This document shows positions 1 to 7,999 of a DNA stretch of 64,000 nt, in pieces (positions within the stretch are counted from its first letter, which is position 1; every line of letters starts with the position of its first letter). The notes under the pieces were generated by a model, which saw only the letters and a list, made by a program, of their open reading frames with translations, was not told the origin of the DNA and searched no databases. The position numbers were made by a program, and so were the translations under genes. Source of the DNA: Candidatus Poribacteria bacterium (GTDB taxonomy: Bacteria; Poribacteria; WGA-4E; WGA-3G); NCBI GenBank assembly GCA_965198235.1, contig OZ240248.1, positions 2,176,001 through 2,240,000 on the forward strand, read 5' to 3'.

Positions 1-507
1 GATTGCTGGGAGAAAGGCAAACCGATCAATCTGAGGGAGCTGATCGTTGATCGAAGTCCTTTTTTCACACCGGAGAGCAAGAATATTTCAGAACTCTTCC
101 GTGAACTTCGGGCACATAAACAGCACATCGCAATCGTTGTGGATGAATACGGCGGCACTGCTGGGATTGTGACCTTAGAAAACATCATCGAAGAAATCGT
201 CGGCGAAATCCACGATGAAGACGAAATGGACGAACAGGATGACTACGTCCAGATGGATGCCAACACCTATTCGATTGATGCGAGGCTAAATCTTATTGAG
301 TTGAATGAGAAACTCGGTACAGAGCTCGAAGCGGAAAACATTGATACGATCGGCGGATTCATCGTGGACCGTCTCGGGCGCGTGCCGGAACAGGGCATTC
401 AATTGACCTACCGTGGTATCCGTTTTACCGTATTCGAGGCAGATGAACGGCGCATCCATAGAATTCATCTTCGGATGCCGGATATCAATACCAGTGATGC
501 GTCTTAA
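1..507 (+). CDS. CBS-domain/CorC_HlyC hemolysin-family (CNNM-like) protein, 5'-truncated by window edge
   Basis: Frame open from position 1; IAIVVDEYGGTAGIVTLENIIEEIVGEIHDE CBS motif followed by a CorC_HlyC-like C-terminus (DTIGGFIVDRLGRVP). Confidence 0.9.
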   Translation, partial: DCWEKGKPINLRELIVDRSPFFTPESKNISELFRELRAHKQHIAIVVDEYGGTAGIVTLENIIEEIVGEIHDEDEMDEQDDYVQMDANTYSIDARLNLIELNEKLGTELEAENIDTIGGFIVDRLGRVPEQGIQLTYRGIRFTVFEADERRIHRIHLRMPDINTSDAS

Positions 508-608
508 AAAGTAGGAACTGCAGACAAAAATCCGTCAGGCATCCTTTAGAAGGAGTCTCGTCGCAGAGGGGATGGAATCTGCGTTAATGTCGCAGTTTTG
601 AAATAAAT

Positions 609-637
609 TTGACAACGCTCAGTGGAAGAGGTATAAT
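609..637 (+). promoter_or_regulatory. sigma70-type promoter for tRNA-Pro/recO
   Basis: Perfect TTGACA (609-614), 17 bp spacer, TATAAT (632-637), 12 nt before the tRNA. Confidence 0.85.
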
Positions 638-649
638 TAAACATAAGAA

Positions 650-724
<75 letters not shown>

Positions 725-766
725 TTTTACCCCTTCAACGAAAACGCGTCCACCGCAGCTAAAACC

Positions 767-1552
767 ATGGCAGCTCAAAAGACCCAAGCGATTGTCATTC
801 GCACCTTTCCGTTTCAAGAATTCCATAAAATCATTACCTTCTACACGCCCGACTTCGGAAAAGTTAAAGCAGTCGCCTACGGCGTAAAAAGCCCGAAAAG
901 TCGCCTCGGTGGGAGCTTAGAACTTCTCAATCACGGGACACTCCTCTTTCAACATCGCGAAAATAGGGAACTGCAGAGCATCACCGATTTCAATCTGATT
1001 GATGGATTTGACGGGATTCGCTCCGATTTCACACGTATCACCTACGGTTGCTATTTCGCCGAAGTGGTGGGTAGCATCGCAGCAGAGGGCATCGCCAGCC
1101 CTGAAATTTTCAATCTCCTCTATACCACCTACCAATTTTTAGTTTATGCCGATGATGTGCCTTTGCTCGCAAGAGGATTTGAAATTAAGTTTCTGGACTG
1201 TGCAGGCTATGGACCGGAACTCTCGCGGTGTGTACATTGCGGTTCAGCTGTAACAGAGACGTTTCCCGCTGAAAAGGAGGCGGCAATAGACAGGTTTGGC
1301 ATCGCGTTCAGTGTTCGCTACGGTGGCGTGCTCTGTGGTAGATGTGGAAACCGAGACGGTGCTGCCTTTACAATCGCACCCGGTAGTTGTGAGTTGCTAA
1401 AAATGCTCCGGAAATCTGAATGGGAGCGGTTCAACCGAATCCGCGCCTCCACCCGCAATCATAAGGAACTTAAACGTCTGCTCGGTAACTTCATTGAACA
1501 TCATACCGAACGGAACTTAAAAAGCCTCAAATTCATTGAGAATGTTTTGTAG
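767..1552 (+). CDS. recO: DNA repair protein RecO
   Basis: N-terminal OB fold (GKVKAVAYGVKSPKSRLGG), C-terminal Zn finger CVHC...CGRC, typical length. Confidence 0.93.
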   Translation: MAAQKTQAIVIRTFPFQEFHKIITFYTPDFGKVKAVAYGVKSPKSRLGGSLELLNHGTLLFQHRENRELQSITDFNLIDGFDGIRSDFTRITYGCYFAEVVGSIAAEGIASPEIFNLLYTTYQFLVYADDVPLLARGFEIKFLDCAGYGPELSRCVHCGSAVTETFPAEKEAAIDRFGIAFSVRYGGVLCGRCGNRDGAAFTIAPGSCELLKMLRKSEWERFNRIRASTRNHKELKRLLGNFIEHHTERNLKSLKFIENVL

Positions 1553-1634
1553 GCACTCAAGCAATTTATAGTTTAGGTCTCTCGCCCAAGATTCATATAC
1601 CGAGTCTGGAAACATTCAGAACATATAAGGAGTC

Positions 1635-4600
1635 ATGAAATTGAAAAAATATAACGTCTTGAAATCTTTTAGTCGCAAATTTCGGAAACTTGCAAGCTGC
1701 ACCAAAGTAGCATTTTTCCTACTCGTTGCTGTATATATGGCGGTAGCCGTTAACTTTGATGTCTCTGCGGCGATCACCGGAAAGGTTTCTGGGGTAATCA
1801 CCGCTGAAGCGACAAATGCACCGCTTGCGAATGTCACGGTAACACTCGTTGGAACGAGCAGCACCGCAACAACAAACAGTGCTGGTTACTATGTTATGAC
1901 CAACATCCCACCCGGAAGTTATGATGTGAAGGTCGCGCTCACGGGTTATGCTGCAGAGACTGTAGCAGGGACGAAAGTGCTCGCCGGTCTTACGACAACA
2001 TTGGACTTTACACTCAAGAGTGCCGCGGTGCAACTTGAAGGTATAACAGTAACAGCTGTCAAGCCTCTGATTAAGAAGGATGTCACGCAAACCACGAGAA
2101 TCATTGAATCAGAGGATATTGAGGCTATGCCCCGCGATACCGTGAATGGAATATTGCAAACCCTACCTGGCGTTGCCGTGCTAAACTCAACCGGTACAGC
2201 CCATATTCGGGGGGGTAGGTCGATGGAGGTTCGGTATCTCATTGATGGTATCCCGATTAATGATCCGATCGGCAGAAGTTTAGGTTTGAGTATCGGCACG
2301 AATTCCCTTGAACAGATCGAAGTCATCACAGGCGGGTTCAATGCCGAACACGGTGATGCGCAATCCGGCATCGTCAACCTCATCACGAAGGTCGGAACAA
2401 ATAAATTCTCTGGTAGAATCCGGTACCGAGTCGGTCAGTGGGGGACCCACCACGGCGATCCGTTATACGGTCCATGGCTCGATCCAGACAACGGATTTCG
2501 ACCCATTGCGGTTGAACCTTTCAGAGGTATCTTCTTCGGTCAGCCCTACGACTACCAAAAACCGTACCGAGGACAGGATGTCACGGTTGCAGAGTTAGCG
2601 GAACGCGAAGGTGACGCACAAGTAGCCTTTACGCAGATTTACCCCGGTGTGTATGCGGACAGGACAAAAAACCCGCTCCAGCCTGTGATAGATCCGGAAA
2701 TTGGTGAACCGCAAGTTAACCCCAATACGGGTGAAACGATTATGACACGCCAGCCTTATAGGGATGCCGATGGCACTGTTATCGACTATGAGAAGAAGCA
2801 GGTTACTTTGTTGGACGGCTACGTCGTGGATCTGCAACAGTATAGCGGATTGTTCAACGACACGAAAAAGTACGATCTGTCTCCGAGCCATATCGGTGAA
2901 TTCGCGCTCAGCGGACCGATATGGGGAAATCGGTTGACGTTCTCCGCCTCCAGCCAGCTCCAACGAAATCACAGTTTTTTCCCGAATAGTCACGGGACGG
3001 GATATATCTTCCAAGGAAAGCTGAAGTTTGAAGTAACACCGAGTATCAAACTCACTGCAAGTGGGCTTTTCAATAAGTCGGAAGGGTACTCCTATGGGGG
3101 TGCTCTACGCTTTTGGCCGAGTGCGGTTCCAGTCTCGAACTCGGATGGACGGAGTCTATCCGTGCGACTCTCACATAATATCAACTCTGGTACTTTCTAT
3201 ACGTTGACACTTGGTCAATTCCGGCGATCGGCTGAAAGTAAGCAACCCGGTAAGTCGTGGGATCCGTTGGAGAAAACATTCAATGAAAACGCTTGGGATC
3301 CGAAAAAATCCTTTGAGCAGAATGAAGAAGAAGGCAGAATCAGAAATCCGCCCCAACAGGCATATAACGATACAACCTATTTCGTTGCAGGTGACAGCAA
3401 TTCTTGGGGCTCTCTCAATGCCACGACCTCAATATTGAGAGCGGATTTTGCCAGCCAAGTTACGGCGAACCATCAGATCCAGACAGGCGTTGAATTCTTG
3501 GGATACGACCTCTATAATCTCCAGACGACTAACTATGGGAGTTCCAATCTCTATATGGAGTATTATGATGTCCAGCCTCAATCCATAAGTGCGTACGTGC
3601 AAGACAAAATGGAGTATGAAGGCATGATCGTCAACGCCGGCTTACGATATGACCTGTATAGTCCATCTGGTAGCTCACCCTCCGACCCGTTTGATCCACT
3701 CGAATTGAACGACGATGGTACAATCAAACTGGATAAAAGCACCTATAAAGTTGGGCTTCCCATCATTAAAAATCCGGTTGAGGCTTCTACCAAGCGCATG
3801 ATCGCGCCACGCCTCGGCATTGCCTTCCCGGTTACTGATCGGTCGAAGTTGCACTTCACGTACGGGCATTACTATCAGATTCCACGCGGTGATGATCTCT
3901 ACGAAAATCTCAGTTTTGACATGCGAGGCGCAATCCGAAGAAGAGGGAATCCTGACTTGGATCCGGAGAGGACGATCGCCTATGAGGTCGGTATCGTCCG
4001 GCAATTCACCGATGACTTAACGATTGACATCACTGGGTTCACCAAGGATATTGACAAGCTTGTTAATAGTGCTCATGTTGACATTACCAACGATTACAGT
4101 TACTTCTTGAATGGTGAATTCAACGGTATGATCCACGGCATCTATGGGCGGGTTCAAGGTTTTGAACTCACAATTCGCAAGTGGCGCACGGGACAGAGTC
4201 CGGTCTCTGGAATGCTCAGTTACACCTATTCCGTCGCGAAGGGAAAAGGCTCCAGCCGAAATCTGGGTTACATCACCTATTACCGGCAGCAGCCGGATGT
4301 AACCGAAAGCCATCCGTTGGCATGGGATCAACGTCACATTTTCTCTGGACTGTTGGACATCCAATTGCCCTTTGATTCTGCTGTCAATTTTATTGGTAGG
4401 TATGGGAGCGGTTTGCCTTACACACCTAACCCGAGATCACCCACCAAACCCGATATCAACTCGAAGCGTTACCCGCCAACCTATAATGTTGACGCGCTTA
4501 TCAGCAAACGGAGTCGGATTGGTGGATTGACCTACACCTTCTTCGCGGACATTCGGAACATCTTCAACACGAAAAACCTGGACGATCTCTTGGATTCAGT

Positions 4601-4706
4601 GACGTATGATCGATACGGTATTCCGCTCGACAGCCAGAAGCATTCCCATCCGCTGTCATGGAGTTCACCGCGGTTGATTATGATGGGCGTGAGTTTGGAT
4701 TTTTAG
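1635..4706 (+). CDS. TonB-dependent receptor-like outer-membrane barrel with N-terminal carboxypeptidase-regulatory-like domain
   Basis: AAGGAG RBS; signal peptide; plug motifs (HIRGGR, YLIDGIPI, TGGFNAEHG); GNPDLDPERT; C-terminal Phe (GVSLDF). Confidence 0.9.
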   Translation: MKLKKYNVLKSFSRKFRKLASCTKVAFFLLVAVYMAVAVNFDVSAAITGKVSGVITAEATNAPLANVTVTLVGTSSTATTNSAGYYVMTNIPPGSYDVKVALTGYAAETVAGTKVLAGLTTTLDFTLKSAAVQLEGITVTAVKPLIKKDVTQTTRIIESEDIEAMPRDTVNGILQTLPGVAVLNSTGTAHIRGGRSMEVRYLIDGIPINDPIGRSLGLSIGTNSLEQIEVITGGFNAEHGDAQSGIVNLITKVGTNKFSGRIRYRVGQWGTHHGDPLYGPWLDPDNGFRPIAVEPFRGIFFGQPYDYQKPYRGQDVTVAELAEREGDAQVAFTQIYPGVYADRTKNPLQPVIDPEIGEPQVNPNTGETIMTRQPYRDADGTVIDYEKKQVTLLDGYVVDLQQYSGLFNDTKKYDLSPSHIGEFALSGPIWGNRLTFSASSQLQRNHSFFPNSHGTGYIFQGKLKFEVTPSIKLTASGLFNKSEGYSYGGALRFWPSAVPVSNSDGRSLSVRLSHNINSGTFYTLTLGQFRRSAESKQPGKSWDPLEKTFNENAWDPKKSFEQNEEEGRIRNPPQQAYNDTTYFVAGDSNSWGSLNATTSILRADFASQVTANHQIQTGVEFLGYDLYNLQTTNYGSSNLYMEYYDVQPQSISAYVQDKMEYEGMIVNAGLRYDLYSPSGSSPSDPFDPLELNDDGTIKLDKSTYKVGLPIIKNPVEASTKRMIAPRLGIAFPVTDRSKLHFTYGHYYQIPRGDDLYENLSFDMRGAIRRRGNPDLDPERTIAYEVGIVRQFTDDLTIDITGFTKDIDKLVNSAHVDITNDYSYFLNGEFNGMIHGIYGRVQGFELTIRKWRTGQSPVSGMLSYTYSVAKGKGSSRNLGYITYYRQQPDVTESHPLAWDQRHIFSGLLDIQLPFDSAVNFIGRYGSGLPYTPNPRSPTKPDINSKRYPPTYNVDALISKRSRIGGLTYTFFADIRNIFNTKNLDDLLDSVTYDRYGIPLDSQKHSHPLSWSSPRLIMMGVSLDF

Positions 4707-4772
4707 GAGAAAAAGTCTGACACTCAATAGAAGTATCAGCAGAGAGTTCAATATTCCGGTCTCCTATGTTCG

Positions 4773-4847
4773 GTAGGTGCGGTTTCTAACCACCCGTACG
4801 CGTCAATTTAGTGCGTAGGTTGGGTTGAAACGTAGGTGAAACCCAAC
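4773..4847 (+). repeat. Cluster of GTAG-type REP-like palindromes
   Basis: GTAGGTGCGGTTTCTAACC and GTAGGTTGGGTT...AACCCAAC; related copies near 16860-16920, 22862 and 49920. Confidence 0.7.
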
Positions 4848-4882
4848 TTTGGACGAAAGAGGTTAAATACACAGAAACCTCC

Positions 4883-4929
4883 AAAAAATCCGCGTAATCC
4901 GCGTAATCTGTGTAATCCGCGATTCAGAC
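4883..4929 (+). repeat. AATCCGCG tandem-unit repeat ending in GATTCAGAC
   Basis: AAAAAATCCGCGTAATCCGCGTAATCTGTGTAATCCGCGATTCAGAC; second copy at 27625-27673. Confidence 0.8.
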
Positions 4930-5062
4930 GAGGGCACCATACACAAGCGGCAGAATTACGTGCTCGCTTGGCGTGCTTTGCTGAAGATTGGGAAAATCCT
5001 GAGATGGATATCTATGACAACTATGATAAGGAAAAAGCCAAGTTACACACGCAGTGAGGTAA
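4930..5062 (+). pseudogene. Remnant of the antitoxin 3' end / PemK toxin 5' end
   Basis: Near-duplicate of about 7550-7672 (QAAELRARLACFAEDWENPEMDIYDNY vs QAAEMRARLASFAEDWESPEMDVYDNY). Confidence 0.8.
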
Positions 5063-5068
5063 AGTCAG

Positions 5069-5890
5069 ATGAATCTTCAAAAATCAATTCCGCTTTCATC
5101 CATCTACAACCGAGAAGAAGAATTCTCAATCGATCTCGCTGGTAATCTCGACGCACTTCGGATCGGTAAGTTTGAAGATGTGGAGACAGAAGCCGCAGTT
5201 GGCACGCGGAGGGCAGATATTGTCGCTGTCGGTGAAGATGGTACCCTCGTCATCGAAAACCAGTTCGGCAAAGCAGATTGGGATCATTGGGGTAGACTTG
5301 AAGCCTATGCCCGCTTAAAGGAGGCAACAGTAGCGGTCTTGGTGGCAGAAAGTTTTGAGGAACTGATGATCGTCACATGTAGACTGCGCGACGAAGACAG
5401 TGACGTTGACTGGTATCTCATTCAAGCACAAGCTAATTCACACAACGAACTGTCTTTTCATCATGTCGTTGGTCCGGCAATAGATATCCAAACCGAGAAG
5501 AAAACTGAAGCTGGATATAGCGAATTCTGGGCACCTATCCGAGAAGGAAACGGCTTATTTGCCGGAAAACCTGTCCTTATCCGAAACGATGGCTATATCT
5601 CAAAGGCTGTCCGTGGTATGGATGTATACCTCCATCTTACTAACCACCAATGCTATATTCGATTATGGATTCAAGGGGAAGACAAATTGGAACGCCGGGA
5701 CAAAGTTAAGGAATTATTTCGAGAATCAAATTACGAATACAAAGATAAAGATACGGCCATGTACGCGACATTGATATTTCCTGTTCTTGACAAAGGTAGA
5801 AAAGATCAGGGTGCTTGGCCTGAAATGCGCAAGACATTAGTCAGTATGGGTACTGACATCTATAATAGGATTGATGAATCTGCCCTATAG
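5069..5890 (+). CDS. PD-(D/E)xK nuclease-like N-terminus plus DUF4268-like C-terminal domain
   Basis: E..VG.RRADIV...LVIENQFGKADWDHWG motif followed by YSEFW region. Confidence 0.7.
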   Translation: MNLQKSIPLSSIYNREEEFSIDLAGNLDALRIGKFEDVETEAAVGTRRADIVAVGEDGTLVIENQFGKADWDHWGRLEAYARLKEATVAVLVAESFEELMIVTCRLRDEDSDVDWYLIQAQANSHNELSFHHVVGPAIDIQTEKKTEAGYSEFWAPIREGNGLFAGKPVLIRNDGYISKAVRGMDVYLHLTNHQCYIRLWIQGEDKLERRDKVKELFRESNYEYKDKDTAMYATLIFPVLDKGRKDQGAWPEMRKTLVSMGTDIYNRIDESAL

Positions 5891-5950
5891 TAACCCAAGT
5901 TACTATCTGAAGAAACCTATACGCTTGAGCGTGGTTTTTCAGGCATTTTA

Positions 5951-6031
5951 CGCACTCCAGCGGAGTGCTATGTCTATAGAAAATAGCGCATTTAAATCTC
6001 GCACTCCAGCGGAGTGCTATGTGTATGAAAA
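5951..6031 (+). repeat. Tandem pair of REP-like palindromes
   Basis: CGCACTCCAGCGGAGTGCTATGT at 5951 and 6000 (GCACTCC/GGAGTGC stem); relative GCCCCAGCGGGG...TGTGTATAG near 22955. Confidence 0.8.
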
Positions 6032-6037
6032 GGTGAC

Positions 6038-6550
6038 TTGGATTATAGTACAGAATTTATGCGTTATACCATTGCAGAAGCCGGTATCGACGATGTTGAA
6101 GCCATCGTGGATGTAACACTCCAGAGTTTTGAGGACGCATTCAGCAAACCATTCTACATGGAACGCGAGGCGGCAGTCCATAGATGGAAAGCCTATATCC
6201 GCAAGGAACACCATCCACAAAAAGCTAAGGACCCATGGGTTGTATACATCGCAATCACTGATGGAGAGGTAGTAGGGTTCGTTGCTGGACATTTGACAGG
6301 GCGGTTTGATTTAGAGGGTGAACTTCAATCTATCTATATTCTTCCAGAGCACCAACGACGGGGACTCGGAACGCAATTAGTCATCGCGCTTGTAGATTGG
6401 TTCAAAAAGTGGGACGCAAAAGATATCTGTGTAGATCACAAAGGCGGCAGCGAGGGTTTTTATATCAAACTGGGAGCGAAGTTCGACGATCACGGATGGT
6501 TGGTGTGGGACAATTTTCTTAATGTTCTTGCGTTTGAAAAAGCACAGTGA
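6038..6550 (+). CDS. GNAT family N-acetyltransferase
   Basis: IYILPEHQRRGLGTQL motif A, FYIKLG motif B; start may be ATG 6059. Confidence 0.88.
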   Translation: MDYSTEFMRYTIAEAGIDDVEAIVDVTLQSFEDAFSKPFYMEREAAVHRWKAYIRKEHHPQKAKDPWVVYIAITDGEVVGFVAGHLTGRFDLEGELQSIYILPEHQRRGLGTQLVIALVDWFKKWDAKDICVDHKGGSEGFYIKLGAKFDDHGWLVWDNFLNVLAFEKAQ

Positions 6551-6585
6551 TGTGTGCGAAATCACATCTGTTAAAGAGGTGATGT

Positions 6586-7125
6586 ATGCCGTTTGTTGTT
6601 GAACTATATTTTGATACTTTGACTGAAGAGTGCATTCGCGGTGCATGGAAAACCCTTGATGAAGCAGGGATTAGTGATTCTATGCCCAAAGGTGGTTACC
6701 GTCCGCATATATCGCTTGGGGTTTGCGACCATCTTGAAACAAATTCACTTGCACAGGAACTTTCAATCTTTGCAGCGAGTGTTGCGCCGTTTCGATTATC
6801 ATTCCCCAATATAGGTGTCTTTTCTACATCAGAAGGCGTTGTTTACTTGGGTGCAACGGTCACTGCGCAATTGCTTAATGTACACATGGCATTTCATGAA
6901 ATCTTCAAGAAATACGCGAAGGAACAACGGGAATATTACACTGTTGGACAGTGGGTACCGCACTGCACACTTGCTTTCGGTCTGTCAGAGCATCAGATTG
7001 CTGAAGCAGTAACCGTTTGTCGGCAAATGGATTTACCAGTTTCCACGGAAGTCAAAGAGATCGGGATGGTGGAGGTTTCCCCTACAGGTTGTCAGACACT
7101 ATGCTTGTGCAATCTCAAATCATAG
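6586..7125 (+). CDS. 2H phosphoesterase (2'-5' RNA ligase family)
   Basis: Two HxS/T motifs, PHISL and PHCTL; GAGG RBS. Confidence 0.85.
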   Translation: MPFVVELYFDTLTEECIRGAWKTLDEAGISDSMPKGGYRPHISLGVCDHLETNSLAQELSIFAASVAPFRLSFPNIGVFSTSEGVVYLGATVTAQLLNVHMAFHEIFKKYAKEQREYYTVGQWVPHCTLAFGLSEHQIAEAVTVCRQMDLPVSTEVKEIGMVEVSPTGCQTLCLCNLKS

Positions 7126-7150
7126 TTCGGAGCAAGGGGAATGTAGGAAA

Positions 7151-7246
7151 ATGACTGATAGAACCCAACATAATGACGAATTGCGCCCCGAGTATGACGA
7201 AACACTGCTAAAAAATGGCGTTCGGGGGAAATACGCGAAACAATAA
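7151..7246 (+). pseudogene. Truncated BrnA-like antitoxin N-terminus (31 aa)
   Basis: Manual translation MTDRTQHNDELRPEYDETLLKNGVRGKYAKQ*, carrying the DELRPEYD...GVRGKYA motif. Confidence 0.6.
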
Positions 7247-7272
7247 GATAATCGATAAAGGAAAAATTTACC

Positions 7273-7668
7273 ATGAGAATATATGAATTCACACTCATTT
7301 TAACAGCCGACCCGAATGAAGAGGAAGCAGATCGGCTCTATAGTATTTTTGATGATGGAACTATTACCACTGTTGAAGATATCCCTCAGATTCACTTTCA
7401 CCGTGAGGCCTTTTCGTTAGAGTCCGCGGTTGGCTCCGCACTCCTGGATATTCAAAAAGCAGGCTTTGATGCTGCCCATGTGCATATTAAACCGAAAGTT
7501 GTGCTTGGCACAGTAGGCAATATAGATTTACGGGAGCGCGGTATTGACGAAGCCCAGGCGGCAGAAATGCGGGCACGTCTCGCCTCTTTTGCCGAAGATT
7601 GGGAAAGCCCCGAGATGGATGTCTATGACAACTATGATGAGGAAAAAGCCAAGTTACAAACGCGGTGA
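7273..7668 (+). CDS. Putative antitoxin, apparently a two-domain chimera
   Basis: Overlaps the downstream PemK toxin; acidic C-terminus (FAEDWESPEMDVYDNY). Confidence 0.65.
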   Translation: MRIYEFTLILTADPNEEEADRLYSIFDDGTITTVEDIPQIHFHREAFSLESAVGSALLDIQKAGFDAAHVHIKPKVVLGTVGNIDLRERGIDEAQAAEMRARLASFAEDWESPEMDVYDNYDEEKAKLQTR

Positions 7669-7999
7669 TGTAATCTTAGCACTCTTTCCAGATTCTGATT
7701 TGCTTTCAGCTAAACCGCGTCCAGGGCTGGTTGTTCAAGCTGACAATCTACAAACAGATTTGCCGCAAGTGATCTTAGCGATGATTACCAGCAACATGTT
7801 TCGGACTAATCACCCGAGTCGTGTCCCTGTTTTACTTGCCACCCCAGAAGGACAACAATCGGGGTTAATTATGGATTCGGTAGTGATGACTGATAACCTC
7901 GCCACAGTCGCAGAATCTGCAATTGACCGAGTCATTGGTTCGATTCCAATGGGAAACATTGACGCATCTTTGCGACATACCTTGAATCTAAACCGTTGA
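7625..7999 (+). CDS. PemK/MazF family toxin
   Basis: KRGDVILALFP...KPRPGLVVQ...MITS motif; start probably ATG 7625 or 7634 rather than 7544. Confidence 0.85.
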   Translation: MTTMMRKKPSYKRGDVILALFPDSDLLSAKPRPGLVVQADNLQTDLPQVILAMITSNMFRTNHPSRVPVLLATPEGQQSGLIMDSVVMTDNLATVAESAIDRVIGSIPMGNIDASLRHTLNLNR

